A stretch of 64,000 nucleotides of DNA from a phage, in NCBI GenBank assembly GCA_027337125.1, contig GCA_027337125.1_3057.1; one strand, 5' to 3'. Positions within the stretch are counted from its first letter, which is position 1; each line of letters opens with the position of its first letter. The notes beneath the pieces were generated by a model. The model was not told the DNA's origin. It did not search any database and was given only the letters and a program-made list of their open reading frames with translations. Shown here in pieces: positions 1-8,636 of the stretch. The translations under genes and the position numbers were made by a program.

Positions 1-225
1 AAAAAAACAGTTCATCCTAATTGGCCTGTGCAAATAAAGTCATATGATGAAGCTAAACTATCTTGGCAAGTTAAAGTCATTGATGGTAAAGCTTGGGTCG
101 GTATGCCATTTGAAGATTCCCAGGAATTTCGTATTTGGCTTAATGATGTAAAACGATATGTACATGACCAAAAAACTATGATATGCTATTATCGTCAGGA
201 GCTAAAAGAGGATAAATGTAAATGA
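1..225 (+). CDS. hypothetical early protein, N-terminally truncated by window edge
   Basis: Reading frame open from position 1 to TGA at 223-225; ORF track calls internal GTG at 28; no recognisable motif. Confidence 0.45.
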   Translation, partial: KKTVHPNWPVQIKSYDEAKLSWQVKVIDGKAWVGMPFEDSQEFRIWLNDVKRYVHDQKTMICYYRQELKEDKCK

Positions 226-448
226 TTTCATGGCATCAATTTGAACATCTCAAAGGATTGATTTATGAATCTGAGATGGCTGCAATGATTTATGGACGCC
301 AGATTCAGCGGTTAGAATCTTTACCTCCAACTAATGATGTTTTATTAGCTCAATCTCGGGCTAATCTTAAAAATGAATACCAAAATAAGTGGGGTAAAGC
401 ATCTAAAGACCTGCATGATTATATTCAATCATTGGTTGAGAAAAATAA

Positions 449-452
<4 letters not shown>
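222..452 (+). CDS. hypothetical protein (76 aa)
   Basis: ATG overlaps upstream stop (ATGA); compact early-gene packing upstream of pseT. Confidence 0.5.
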
Positions 453-1656
<1,204 letters not shown>

Positions 1657-1845
1657 TGGCTTTGCATCATGAAACTTAGGCTATTGTTATTGTAAATAAC
1701 GGTTTAGTTGGTACTAGTAATGGGCAATTTTGTGTATTCACTAGTGAAAACAGAGCTTGGGAGGAATGTCTTAAATTAAGAGAAAAGAATCCTAATGTTG
1801 AACTAACAGTAAAGAAAACTAAACTGCCTTTACCATGGAAAACTT

Positions 1846-2046
1846 ATGAATAATCTAGAAAAGATTTATCGTCTTTGTGATAAAATTGAAAAAGAAAAGA
1901 AATATCTATTTTGTCTATGGCCTATTGTTGACGGAAGAGTAGGCTTAGATGTTCTTGATTATGAAACAGAAGACAAAGTAGATGGTTCAATTTTTGATAA
2001 CGCTTTGGATGTTATTGATTGGCTTGAAGAAAATTATGTGAGGTAA
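1846..2046 (+). CDS. hypothetical protein (66 aa)
   Basis: ORF in pseT-cd interval where T4 has small cd.x ORFs. Confidence 0.45.
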   Translation: MNNLEKIYRLCDKIEKEKKYLFCLWPIVDGRVGLDVLDYETEDKVDGSIFDNALDVIDWLEENYVR

Positions 2047-2048
2047 AT

Positions 2049-2324
2049 ATGTTTCCGACTTATTCTAAAATCGTAGAAGTAGTGTTTAGCCAAATTATCG
2101 CTAATAATATGTTTGAAAAGCTTGATAACGCAGCTGAGCTTCGAATTCATGCTCAAGTGACTCATGTATTGAACACTTTGCTTCCAAACCAAGTGGATTC
2201 TATTGCAATTACGCTGTATCCAGGTTCTGCGCATATCATTGTCGTATTCGGTCTTGATGCTGAGTTAGTTATCAAAGGCGATATTCGTTTTGAATCGCAG
2301 ACATCAGAATTCAAAGCAATTTAA
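2049..2324 (+). CDS. hypothetical protein (91 aa)
   Basis: ORF, tightly packed after previous ORF. Confidence 0.45.
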   Translation: MFPTYSKIVEVVFSQIIANNMFEKLDNAAELRIHAQVTHVLNTLLPNQVDSIAITLYPGSAHIIVVFGLDAELVIKGDIRFESQTSEFKAI

Positions 2325-2326
2325 TA

Positions 2327-2365
2327 GTTTACTTTACGGTAGAGTTGTGATATTATAGCTCTACC
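2327..2365 (+). promoter_or_regulatory. candidate early (sigma70-like) promoter: GTTTAC ... TGaTATTAT, with -10 inside loop of inverted repeat GGTAGAG/CTCTACC
   Basis: GTTTAC at 2327-2332, TATTAT at 2351-2356 preceded by TGa; inverted repeat 2338-2344 / 2359-2365. Confidence 0.45.
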
Positions 2366-2386
2366 AAAACAAATGAGGAAATTGAA

Positions 2387-2623
2387 ATGCTAAGCGAAAA
2401 ACCAATTACTGTTAAAGAATTCCAAGAAAAAGTTAAACTATTCGCTCAGGAACTGGTAAATAAGGTTTCTGAACGATTTCCTGAAACGTCGGTTCGTGTT
2501 ATTACCGAAACTCCTCGTTCAGTATTAGTAATTGTGAATCCAGGTGATGGTGACCAAATAACACATCTTAAACTGGATTTTGATGGATTAGTTGAAGCAC
2601 AAAGGGTGTATGGCGTACTATGA
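2387..2623 (+). CDS. hypothetical protein (78 aa)
   Basis: ORF with AGGAAA-type RBS upstream (aaatGAGGAAattgaaATG). Confidence 0.55.
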   Translation: MLSEKPITVKEFQEKVKLFAQELVNKVSERFPETSVRVITETPRSVLVIVNPGDGDQITHLKLDFDGLVEAQRVYGVL

Positions 2624-2958
2624 TGAATTTAACTGATATAATTGATAATTGTCTTGAAAATGATACTGGCGATCATAGAGCGCTTGATTCTGAAACAGCA
2701 CAGTTCATTAGAATAACTTTAATGAATGATACTCTGGTGAACAGTATTCATCCTTCTGTGTATGATGCTATTATTGTGACGAAGTATCCAGTTGAGCTTC
2801 ACAAAAAGATGGTTGGTGCAATTTTTATTGATAAGAAAAACCGCTTTAAAGACGGGCAGAATATAATTAGTTCTGTTATTAAAAGTATAACTAAACTTCG
2901 TCACGAAATTTATCGTGTTGAAACTGCTAAATCTGCTTATCTGGTGATTATGAAATGA
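2620..2958 (+). CDS. hypothetical protein (112 aa)
   Basis: ORF with ATGA overlap to neighbours. Confidence 0.5.
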   Translation: MMNLTDIIDNCLENDTGDHRALDSETAQFIRITLMNDTLVNSIHPSVYDAIIVTKYPVELHKKMVGAIFIDKKNRFKDGQNIISSVIKSITKLRHEIYRVETAKSAYLVIMK

Positions 2959-3536
2959 AAGCGAGTACAGTACTTCAAATTGCATATTTAGTATCACAAG
3001 AATCCAAATGTTGCTCCTGGAAGGTAGGAGCAGTAATTGAAAAGAATGGACGTATTATTTCTACCGGATATAATGGTTCGCCTGCAGGTGGTGTGAACTG
3101 TTGTGATTATGCTGCTGAGCAAGGTTGGTTGCTGAATAAGCCTAAACACACTATCATTCAAGGTCATAAGCCTGAATGCGTATCATTTGGTTCAACTGAT
3201 CGTTTTGTCTTGGCGAAAGAACACCGTAGCGCTCACTCTGAATGGTCGTCTAAAAATGAAATTCATGCTGAACTAAATGCAATTTTGTTTGCTGCACGAA
3301 ATGGTTCTTCAATTGAAGGTGCTACTATGTATGTAACACTTTCTCCTTGTCCAGATTGTGCAAAAGCGATAGCTCAATCTGGAATTAAAAAGCTGGTTTA
3401 TTGCGAAACATACGATAAAAATAAACTTGGTTGGGATGATATTCTGCGAAATGCGGGTATTGAAGTGTTTAATGTTCCTAAGAAAAACTTGAATAAGTTA
3501 AACTGGGAAAATATCAACGAATTCTGTGGTGAATAA
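2955..3536 (+). CDS. cd: dCMP deaminase
   Basis: 193 aa; cytidine/dCMP deaminase zinc motifs HAELNAI and PCPDCA; same length as T4 Cd. Confidence 0.92.
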   Translation: MKASTVLQIAYLVSQESKCCSWKVGAVIEKNGRIISTGYNGSPAGGVNCCDYAAEQGWLLNKPKHTIIQGHKPECVSFGSTDRFVLAKEHRSAHSEWSSKNEIHAELNAILFAARNGSSIEGATMYVTLSPCPDCAKAIAQSGIKKLVYCETYDKNKLGWDDILRNAGIEVFNVPKKNLNKLNWENINEFCGE

Positions 3537-3772
3537 TGAAATTTCGTTTGGTACAGCTCACAGCAATTAGTTCTTATTCCAACGAGAACATTTCATTTGC
3601 TGTAGAGTATAAGAAGTATTTTTTCTCTAAATGGAAGCAGTATTATAAAACTGATTGGACTAGTATTGATAGACCGTATAGTTGGAAATCTGATTTAGAA
3701 AAATGCCAAAAACTGCTTTCCACTCTTAAAGAACGTGGAACAACTCATATTAAAACTGTGATAGGTAAATAA
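3536..3772 (+). CDS. hypothetical protein (78 aa)
   Basis: ORF between cd and gene 31 (position of T4 31.2-type ORF). Confidence 0.5.
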   Translation: MKFRLVQLTAISSYSNENISFAVEYKKYFFSKWKQYYKTDWTSIDRPYSWKSDLEKCQKLLSTLKERGTTHIKTVIGK

Positions 3773-4081
3773 ATGAAACTGACGACTGAACAGAAAGTAG
3801 CAATTCGTGAAATTTTGAAAACTAAATTGTCCATGGGTATTTCAAACGTAGTTTTTGAAAAGTCTGATGGTACTATTCGTACTATGAAAGGTACTCGTGA
3901 TGCAGACTTTATGCCAACCATGCAAACCGGTAAATTGACTGAATCTACTCGGAAAGAATCTACTGATATGATTCCAGTATTTGATGTTGAGCTTGGTGCA
4001 TGGCGAGGTTTTTCTATTGACAAATTGATTTCCGTTAATGGTATGAAAGTTGAGCATTTGCTTCAATTTATTGGTAAATAA
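3773..4081 (+). CDS. hypothetical protein (102 aa)
   Basis: ORF between cd and gene 31 (position of T4 31.1-type ORF). Confidence 0.5.
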   Translation: MKLTTEQKVAIREILKTKLSMGISNVVFEKSDGTIRTMKGTRDADFMPTMQTGKLTESTRKESTDMIPVFDVELGAWRGFSIDKLISVNGMKVEHLLQFIGK

Positions 4082-4082
4082 A

Positions 4083-4107
4083 TGCTTTAAGAATTATTTG
4101 TTATTAT
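4083..4107 (+). promoter_or_regulatory. candidate MotA-dependent middle promoter for gene 31
   Basis: MotA box TGCTTTA at 4083-4089, 12 nt spacer, TATTAT at 4102-4107. Confidence 0.5.
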
Positions 4108-4137
4108 TAATTCATCTGTTAACAAAAAGGAAAAACA

Positions 4138-4473
4138 ATGTCTGAAGTACAACAGCTACCAATTCGTGCTGTCGGTGAATTTGTTATTTTAGTTTCTGAA
4201 CCTGCGCAAGCTGGTGATGAAGAAGTTACAGAATCAGGACTTATTATTGGTAAACGTGTCCAAGGTGAAGTTCCTGAACTGTGTGTAGTTCACTCTGTTG
4301 GTCCTGATGTTCCTGAAGGTTTTTGCGAAGTTGGTGATTTGACTTCTCTTCCAGTTGGTCAAATTCGAAACGTTCCACATCCTTTTGTAGCTCTGGGTCT
4401 TAAGCAGCCAAAAGAAATTAAACAAAAATTCGTTACCTGTCACTATAAAGCTATTCCGTGTCTTTATAAGTGA
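4138..4473 (+). CDS. 31: co-chaperonin GroES homolog gp31
   Basis: 111 aa, begins [19 protein letters not shown]; size and position between cd and rIII as in T4. Confidence 0.88.
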   Translation: MSEVQQLPIRAVGEFVILVSEPAQAGDEEVTESGLIIGKRVQGEVPELCVVHSVGPDVPEGFCEVGDLTSLPVGQIRNVPHPFVALGLKQPKEIKQKFVTCHYKAIPCLYK

Positions 4474-4481
4474 TATAAATA
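4474..4481 (+). promoter_or_regulatory. candidate late promoter (TATAAATA) upstream of rIII
   Basis: Exact TATAAATA immediately after gene 31 stop. Confidence 0.45.
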
Positions 4482-4620
4482 ATAATATGAATTGGGTGTC
4501 GGAATAATAAGTTAACCGAACAATTCTATGTGGTAGTCTACAACTGAGAGATCTGTCGAAAGAAGATGAAATTCAGAAGAACGTGACTACCGAGTTTTAA
4601 TCTCTAACGAGAATTTTTAA

Positions 4621-4869
4621 ATGATTAAACAATTACAACACGCTCTTGAACTGCAACGAAACGCATGGAATAATGGTCACGAAAACTATGGCGCATCTAT
4701 TGATGTTGAAGCCGAAGCTCTTGAAATCCTGCGTTATTTCAAACATCTGAATCCTGCTCAAACTGCATTAGCTGCTGAGCTTCAGGAAAAAGATGAACTT
4801 AAATATGCTAAGCCTCTGGCTTCTGCTGCACGAAAAGCAGTTCGTCACTTTGTGGTAACATTGAAGTAA
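4621..4869 (+). CDS. rIII: rIII lysis-inhibition accessory protein
   Basis: 82 aa, same length as T4 rIII and immediately downstream of gene 31 as in T4. Confidence 0.8.
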   Translation: MIKQLQHALELQRNAWNNGHENYGASIDVEAEALEILRYFKHLNPAQTALAAELQEKDELKYAKPLASAARKAVRHFVVTLK

Positions 4870-5293
4870 TTATGCCGTGGTTGGTAGTTATCCTGGCGTT
4901 AACGATGTAAAACTACCAAATTTCAGTTAGTATCGAGGAGCCGTCGAACTGTCTGATTAATGATTTGCGAATCATTATAGTTTTAAGACCCCGGCAGTTT
5001 TACGGTGTACCTCTTGAATGTTATTCTTATAGCGGCAAGTGCATGCTACCCCGAGGTGATGGCCAATCGGGAGTACGCCTCAAGGCCTATATATCCATCA
5101 GTATATATCTTATCCTCGAGAAATCGAACCCGGAACCTTTAAGCTAACGGTGTGCAACAGATAAGAGCTATAAGGTATGTTGACGAGGTTTATGGTTATC
5201 CTGTCGTTAAATATCCAAAACCTATGTTCCCCTTGAGGGCTTTCGCAGGCAATGCCAATAAGTCCTGCATTTTCATTTAAAAGAGAATTTATA

Positions 5294-5470
5294 ATGGCAA
5301 AACAAGCTAAAGCAAAGAAAGCAGTTGAAAAGAAAGTTGGTGATTCTAAACGCGCTGGCTACAAGCGTGGGTCGAACTCTCGTATCAATCAAACTATTGA
5401 GAAGATCATGCGCCGAGCACGTGCGGTTCTTCGAGATGATGCTTCTCGTTTTGGTAAGCAGAAAGCATAA
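5294..5470 (+). CDS. small highly basic protein (58 aa; K/R-rich)
   Basis: MAKQAKAKKAVEKKVGDSKRAGYKRGSNSR...; AAGAG RBS 9 nt upstream; followed by strong terminator. Confidence 0.55.
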   Translation: MAKQAKAKKAVEKKVGDSKRAGYKRGSNSRINQTIEKIMRRARAVLRDDASRFGKQKA

Positions 5471-5474
5471 GTTA

Positions 5475-5500
5475 AGGACTCCTTCGGGAGTCCTTTTTTA
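5475..5500 (+). terminator. rho-independent terminator (UUCG tetraloop hairpin + T tract)
   Basis: AGGACTCC-TTCG-GGAGTCCT followed by TTTTTTATTTT. Confidence 0.7.
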
Positions 5501-5523
5501 TTTTCCAAAGATTGCATAAAGTT

Positions 5524-5556
5524 GTTTACAGTATAGTTCCTTTGTGATAGTATTAT
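5524..5556 (+). promoter_or_regulatory. candidate early promoter (GTTTAC ... TGaTAGTATTAT)
   Basis: GTTTAC at 5524-5529, extended -10-like TGaTAGTAT/TATTAT at 5545-5556; spacing slightly atypical. Confidence 0.35.
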
Positions 5557-5580
5557 CTTACACAAACAAAGGAGAATAAA

Positions 5581-5904
5581 ATGAAAACGATTAATCTGAA
5601 CGCTACAGTTAAAACTAAATGCTTCAATGGTAAATATGATGAAACTATGTGGTTCTTAATGGCAGTTGAAGGTGATATTGTTGAAGTAGAAACAACAGAA
5701 GGTATGGGAACAGATTTCACCTTTACAATTCAAGTTCATAATTTCTTTACTGGTTGGATTTATGAATTGAATACAGTAATCGTTGGAAAAATTGAACAAA
5801 ATGAATTAGGTGAATGGTATTATGTTACAGCTCGCCAACGTGCCGAACGCTTAATTGAGAAGATGAAAAAGTTGGTAAACTTGACATGCAACATTGGAAA
5901 GTAG
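5581..5904 (+). CDS. hypothetical protein (107 aa)
   Basis: ORF with AAGGAG RBS (caaAGGAGaataaaATG). Confidence 0.55.
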   Translation: MKTINLNATVKTKCFNGKYDETMWFLMAVEGDIVEVETTEGMGTDFTFTIQVHNFFTGWIYELNTVIVGKIEQNELGEWYYVTARQRAERLIEKMKKLVNLTCNIGK

Positions 5905-5914
5905 TAAAATAATT

Positions 5915-5954
5915 GTTTACTTTGGTACAGGATATGATATTATATACCTGTACC
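5915..5954 (+). promoter_or_regulatory. candidate early promoter GTTTAC-17nt-TGaTATTAT with -10 inside loop of inverted repeat GGTACAGG/CCTGTACC
   Basis: GTTTAC 5915-5920, TATTAT 5938-5943; inverted repeat 5924-5931 / 5947-5954. Confidence 0.5.
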
Positions 5955-5980
5955 ACAATTAAACATCTCGGAGAATAAAA

Positions 5981-6346
5981 ATGAACTACATCAACTTTGA
6001 ACGTAAATATGTTTCTAATGGTATTGCAGGTTCTATTGATACTATCTGCCTTTGGAAACATCAAAATGGATCAGTATGCGAAATTGAACAGTATATGACT
6101 CCTAACTACGTTTATATGCGATTTGAAAATGGCATCACGGTTTCAATCACGAAAGAAGGTTCTTCTTTTAAAATCGCATTAGATGATGATTTCCGTCAAC
6201 GTGATTTAGGTACTCATCCTTGTTGGAATGGCGTCAATCGCAAACTTCTGGTTAAAACTTGGATTCGTCATATTCTGAGTAACAGAGCTAAACCTGAGCA
6301 TCTTGAAGCAATCTTTGATGTAGTTCTTAATGAATTTGATATTTAA
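5981..6346 (+). CDS. hypothetical protein (121 aa)
   Basis: ORF with GGAG RBS; followed by GGGGC-TTCG-GCCCC hairpin. Confidence 0.55.
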   Translation: MNYINFERKYVSNGIAGSIDTICLWKHQNGSVCEIEQYMTPNYVYMRFENGITVSITKEGSSFKIALDDDFRQRDLGTHPCWNGVNRKLLVKTWIRHILSNRAKPEHLEAIFDVVLNEFDI

Positions 6347-6355
6347 AATAAAATA

Positions 6356-6369
6356 GGGGCTTCGGCCCC
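6356..6369 (+). other. UUCG tetraloop hairpin (GGGGC-UUCG-GCCCC), intercistronic
   Basis: Perfect 5-bp stem with TTCG loop; not followed by clear T tract. Confidence 0.5.
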
Positions 6370-6386
6370 TTACTGAGGAAAATACT

Positions 6387-6674
6387 ATGTTTATGACTAC
6401 TTATTTTGATACTCGTAAAAATTTTTGCGAAGTAGTTTTCTCTAAGGCGCCTAAAGACCTTCCTGCTCATTTGCAGCCTACCAGTGAATCGATTAAAAAC
6501 TATGTTAATGCAGTCTGCCCTTTAGAGTTCCGTACTGTAAATGGGCGTGATACTCTAGCTATCGCTAAACTCAATCGTGAAATTGACATTGACCCTTCAA
6601 TTGCGCGTGAAATTAACATTTCTGATATTGACGGCGGTAATGTTAAATCGCATGGTTTTCAGATGAGGTTCTAA
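6387..6674 (+). CDS. hypothetical protein (95 aa)
   Basis: ORF with GAGGAA RBS. Confidence 0.5.
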   Translation: MFMTTYFDTRKNFCEVVFSKAPKDLPAHLQPTSESIKNYVNAVCPLEFRTVNGRDTLAIAKLNREIDIDPSIAREINISDIDGGNVKSHGFQMRF

Positions 6675-6871
6675 TGAAATTCTTTTTGGGTCAAACTGTT
6701 GAATTAAAGGGAGTCGGTATACCTGGATTAATTTCTAAGGTTCTACCTCCATTTAAATGGAGTGGTATTCAAATAAAAGAGGCTTATATTGTTTCCTGGG
6801 TAGATGGAAATGAAGACCTTCGTATGGGTGATGAATTATCTCCTATCTATGGATTAAAGGAATTAGTATGA
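6674..6871 (+). CDS. hypothetical protein (65 aa)
   Basis: ORF, overlapping stop/start with neighbours. Confidence 0.45.
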   Translation: MKFFLGQTVELKGVGIPGLISKVLPPFKWSGIQIKEAYIVSWVDGNEDLRMGDELSPIYGLKELV

Positions 6872-7074
6872 ATATAATTAATAAGATTTTTGGAATTCAG
6901 TACATTAAGGTCACATATAAAGTAACGTATAAAGGTCCGTATACCGATGAACATGAAGAACCACAAGTTAAGTCTATTATATTAGAAAAGGACCCTAACT
7001 GGCCAGTTGAATTTCGTCTTCCTTGCTATGGTCATTGGGCTGATGTTGAAATTATAAGTATTGAAAATGTCTGA
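6868..7074 (+). CDS. hypothetical protein (68 aa)
   Basis: ORF, ATGA overlap with upstream ORF. Confidence 0.45.
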   Translation: MNIINKIFGIQYIKVTYKVTYKGPYTDEHEEPQVKSIILEKDPNWPVEFRLPCYGHWADVEIISIENV

Positions 7075-7525
7075 GCTAGAAATAAGAAGCAATTTTAGAT
7101 GGCCATCATGTGCATTAAGCAATTTCGCCCAATGGCCTTTTGTTATGGATGGTATCCAATTTGGAGGTCTCGAAGGATTCCTCCAAGGATGTAAGGTGAA
7201 AAATGTTGAACAGCAAAGACGTATATTTGGGATGTCTGGGCTTGCCGCCCAACAAGCTGGAATGTCTTATGCTAGAGCTCAGGACCGTGGCACGTTGTTC
7301 TGGCTTGGAACACCATTTTCAAGATACTCTCCAGCGTGGAAAGAATTATACACAAATGCATATTTTGAAGCAGCGATCCAAAACAGGGGTTTTCGTGATG
7401 CATTACAAGCCTCGAAAGGAAAAGTTTTGAAGCACAGCATGGCTAGTGGTCTAACAAAAGATGATACAATACTAACCGAAGCTGAATTTATTGATGTGTT
7501 AAACCTATTAAGAGACTCTCTATGA
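7061..7525 (+). CDS. NADAR (YbiA-like, DUF1768) domain protein
   Basis: 154 aa; N-terminal ...LSNFAQWPF...GGLEGFLQ... resembles YbiA/NADAR FSNF-AAWP signature; position corresponds to T4 30.3-type gene. Confidence 0.7.
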   Translation: MKMSELEIRSNFRWPSCALSNFAQWPFVMDGIQFGGLEGFLQGCKVKNVEQQRRIFGMSGLAAQQAGMSYARAQDRGTLFWLGTPFSRYSPAWKELYTNAYFEAAIQNRGFRDALQASKGKVLKHSMASGLTKDDTILTEAEFIDVLNLLRDSL

Positions 7526-8367
7526 AGCCAACTATTTTGACTGATATTGATGGAGTATGTTTAAGCTGGCAATCAGGCCTTCCTTATTTTGCTCAGAAAT
7601 ATAATCTTCCATTAGAACATATTTTAAAAATGATCCAAGATGAGAAATTTATTTCTCCAGGTAAACTCTTTAATTGTGACGAAGAACTTGGCGTCAAGTT
7701 AATTGAAAAATACAATCGTTCAGATTTTATTCGTTACTTGTCTCCGTATAAAGATGCCCTGTGTGTAATTAACAAATTAAAAGAAGATTATAATTTTGTA
7801 GCTGTTACAGCATTGGGTGATTCTATTGATGCTCTATTAAATCGTCAATTTAATTTGAATGCTCTTTTTCCTGGTGCCTTTTCAGAAGTAATGATGTGTG
7901 GTCATGATTCTTCAAAAGAAGAGTTGTTCAAAAAGGCAAAAGAGAAATATAACGTAATTTGTTATATTGACGATCTCGCTCATCACTGCGATCATGCGAG
8001 TGAAATATTAAATGTTCCTGTTTATTGGATGGCTCGAGGAGAACGTGACAATATTCCAAAAACTGCTCAGCGAGTTTATACATGGAATGATGTAGAAAAT
8101 AAGCTTTTTTCGCCGAAGGAAAATAAAGAAAGTTTTGATAGTGAAAAAGCTATAAAAGATTTAATTGAGAAGATGGTTAAAAACGATTCTTTTCCTTGGA
8201 ACACTACCTGGAGAACGCCTGGATTAAATCCTTATAATCCATATTATCTATATCATCCATATCAGACACATCCGTTTCAGACATGGAACTATATTAAACC
8301 TGGTGGCATAGAGTATTTGTATAATAGACCTACTAGTGGTGATAATATTTTTCAAGGAGCATTCTAA
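7522..8367 (+). CDS. HAD-superfamily-like hydrolase with aromatic/Pro-rich C-terminal tail
   Basis: 281 aa; N-terminal ILTDIDGV (HAD motif I DxDG); C-terminus NPYNPYYLYHPYQTHPFQTWNY low-complexity. Confidence 0.55.
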   Translation: MKPTILTDIDGVCLSWQSGLPYFAQKYNLPLEHILKMIQDEKFISPGKLFNCDEELGVKLIEKYNRSDFIRYLSPYKDALCVINKLKEDYNFVAVTALGDSIDALLNRQFNLNALFPGAFSEVMMCGHDSSKEELFKKAKEKYNVICYIDDLAHHCDHASEILNVPVYWMARGERDNIPKTAQRVYTWNDVENKLFSPKENKESFDSEKAIKDLIEKMVKNDSFPWNTTWRTPGLNPYNPYYLYHPYQTHPFQTWNYIKPGGIEYLYNRPTSGDNIFQGAF

Positions 8368-8636
8368 TGTTTGTTGTTCATACTATTTATGAAAATGAAG
8401 GTAATACTACACGTGATTACGGTCACGTAAATCAATTTTTTAGATGCAATCCGGAATTCCGTGCTCAAAAAGACGAACGAATTTTTAAAAAATGTGTAGA
8501 ACAAGGTTTCATTTACGTCAAGCACTGGATGCAAGGAAATAAAGTTAGAACTACATATCATAAGTCTTTGCCTGAGCTTAATGATGAATTGATTTATAAT
8601 AGAAATGTAAATCAAACTTTGAAGGATGAACAATGA
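8367..8636 (+). CDS. hypothetical protein (89 aa)
   Basis: ORF immediately upstream of and overlapping ligase start. Confidence 0.5.
   Translation: MFVVHTIYENEGNTTRDYGHVNQFFRCNPEFRAQKDERIFKKCVEQGFIYVKHWMQGNKVRTTYHKSLPELNDELIYNRNVNQTLKDEQ

Noticed and set aside
5100-5140. Possible tRNA: TCGAACC on + strand resembles the reverse complement of a T-loop
   Set aside because: Could not build matching T-stem or acceptor stem on either strand; no cloverleaf. tRNAscan-SE would settle it
4965-5147. 60-aa ORF called inside the GC-rich intergenic region
   Set aside because: Low-complexity translation, no RBS, region has stops in all other frames; more likely non-coding
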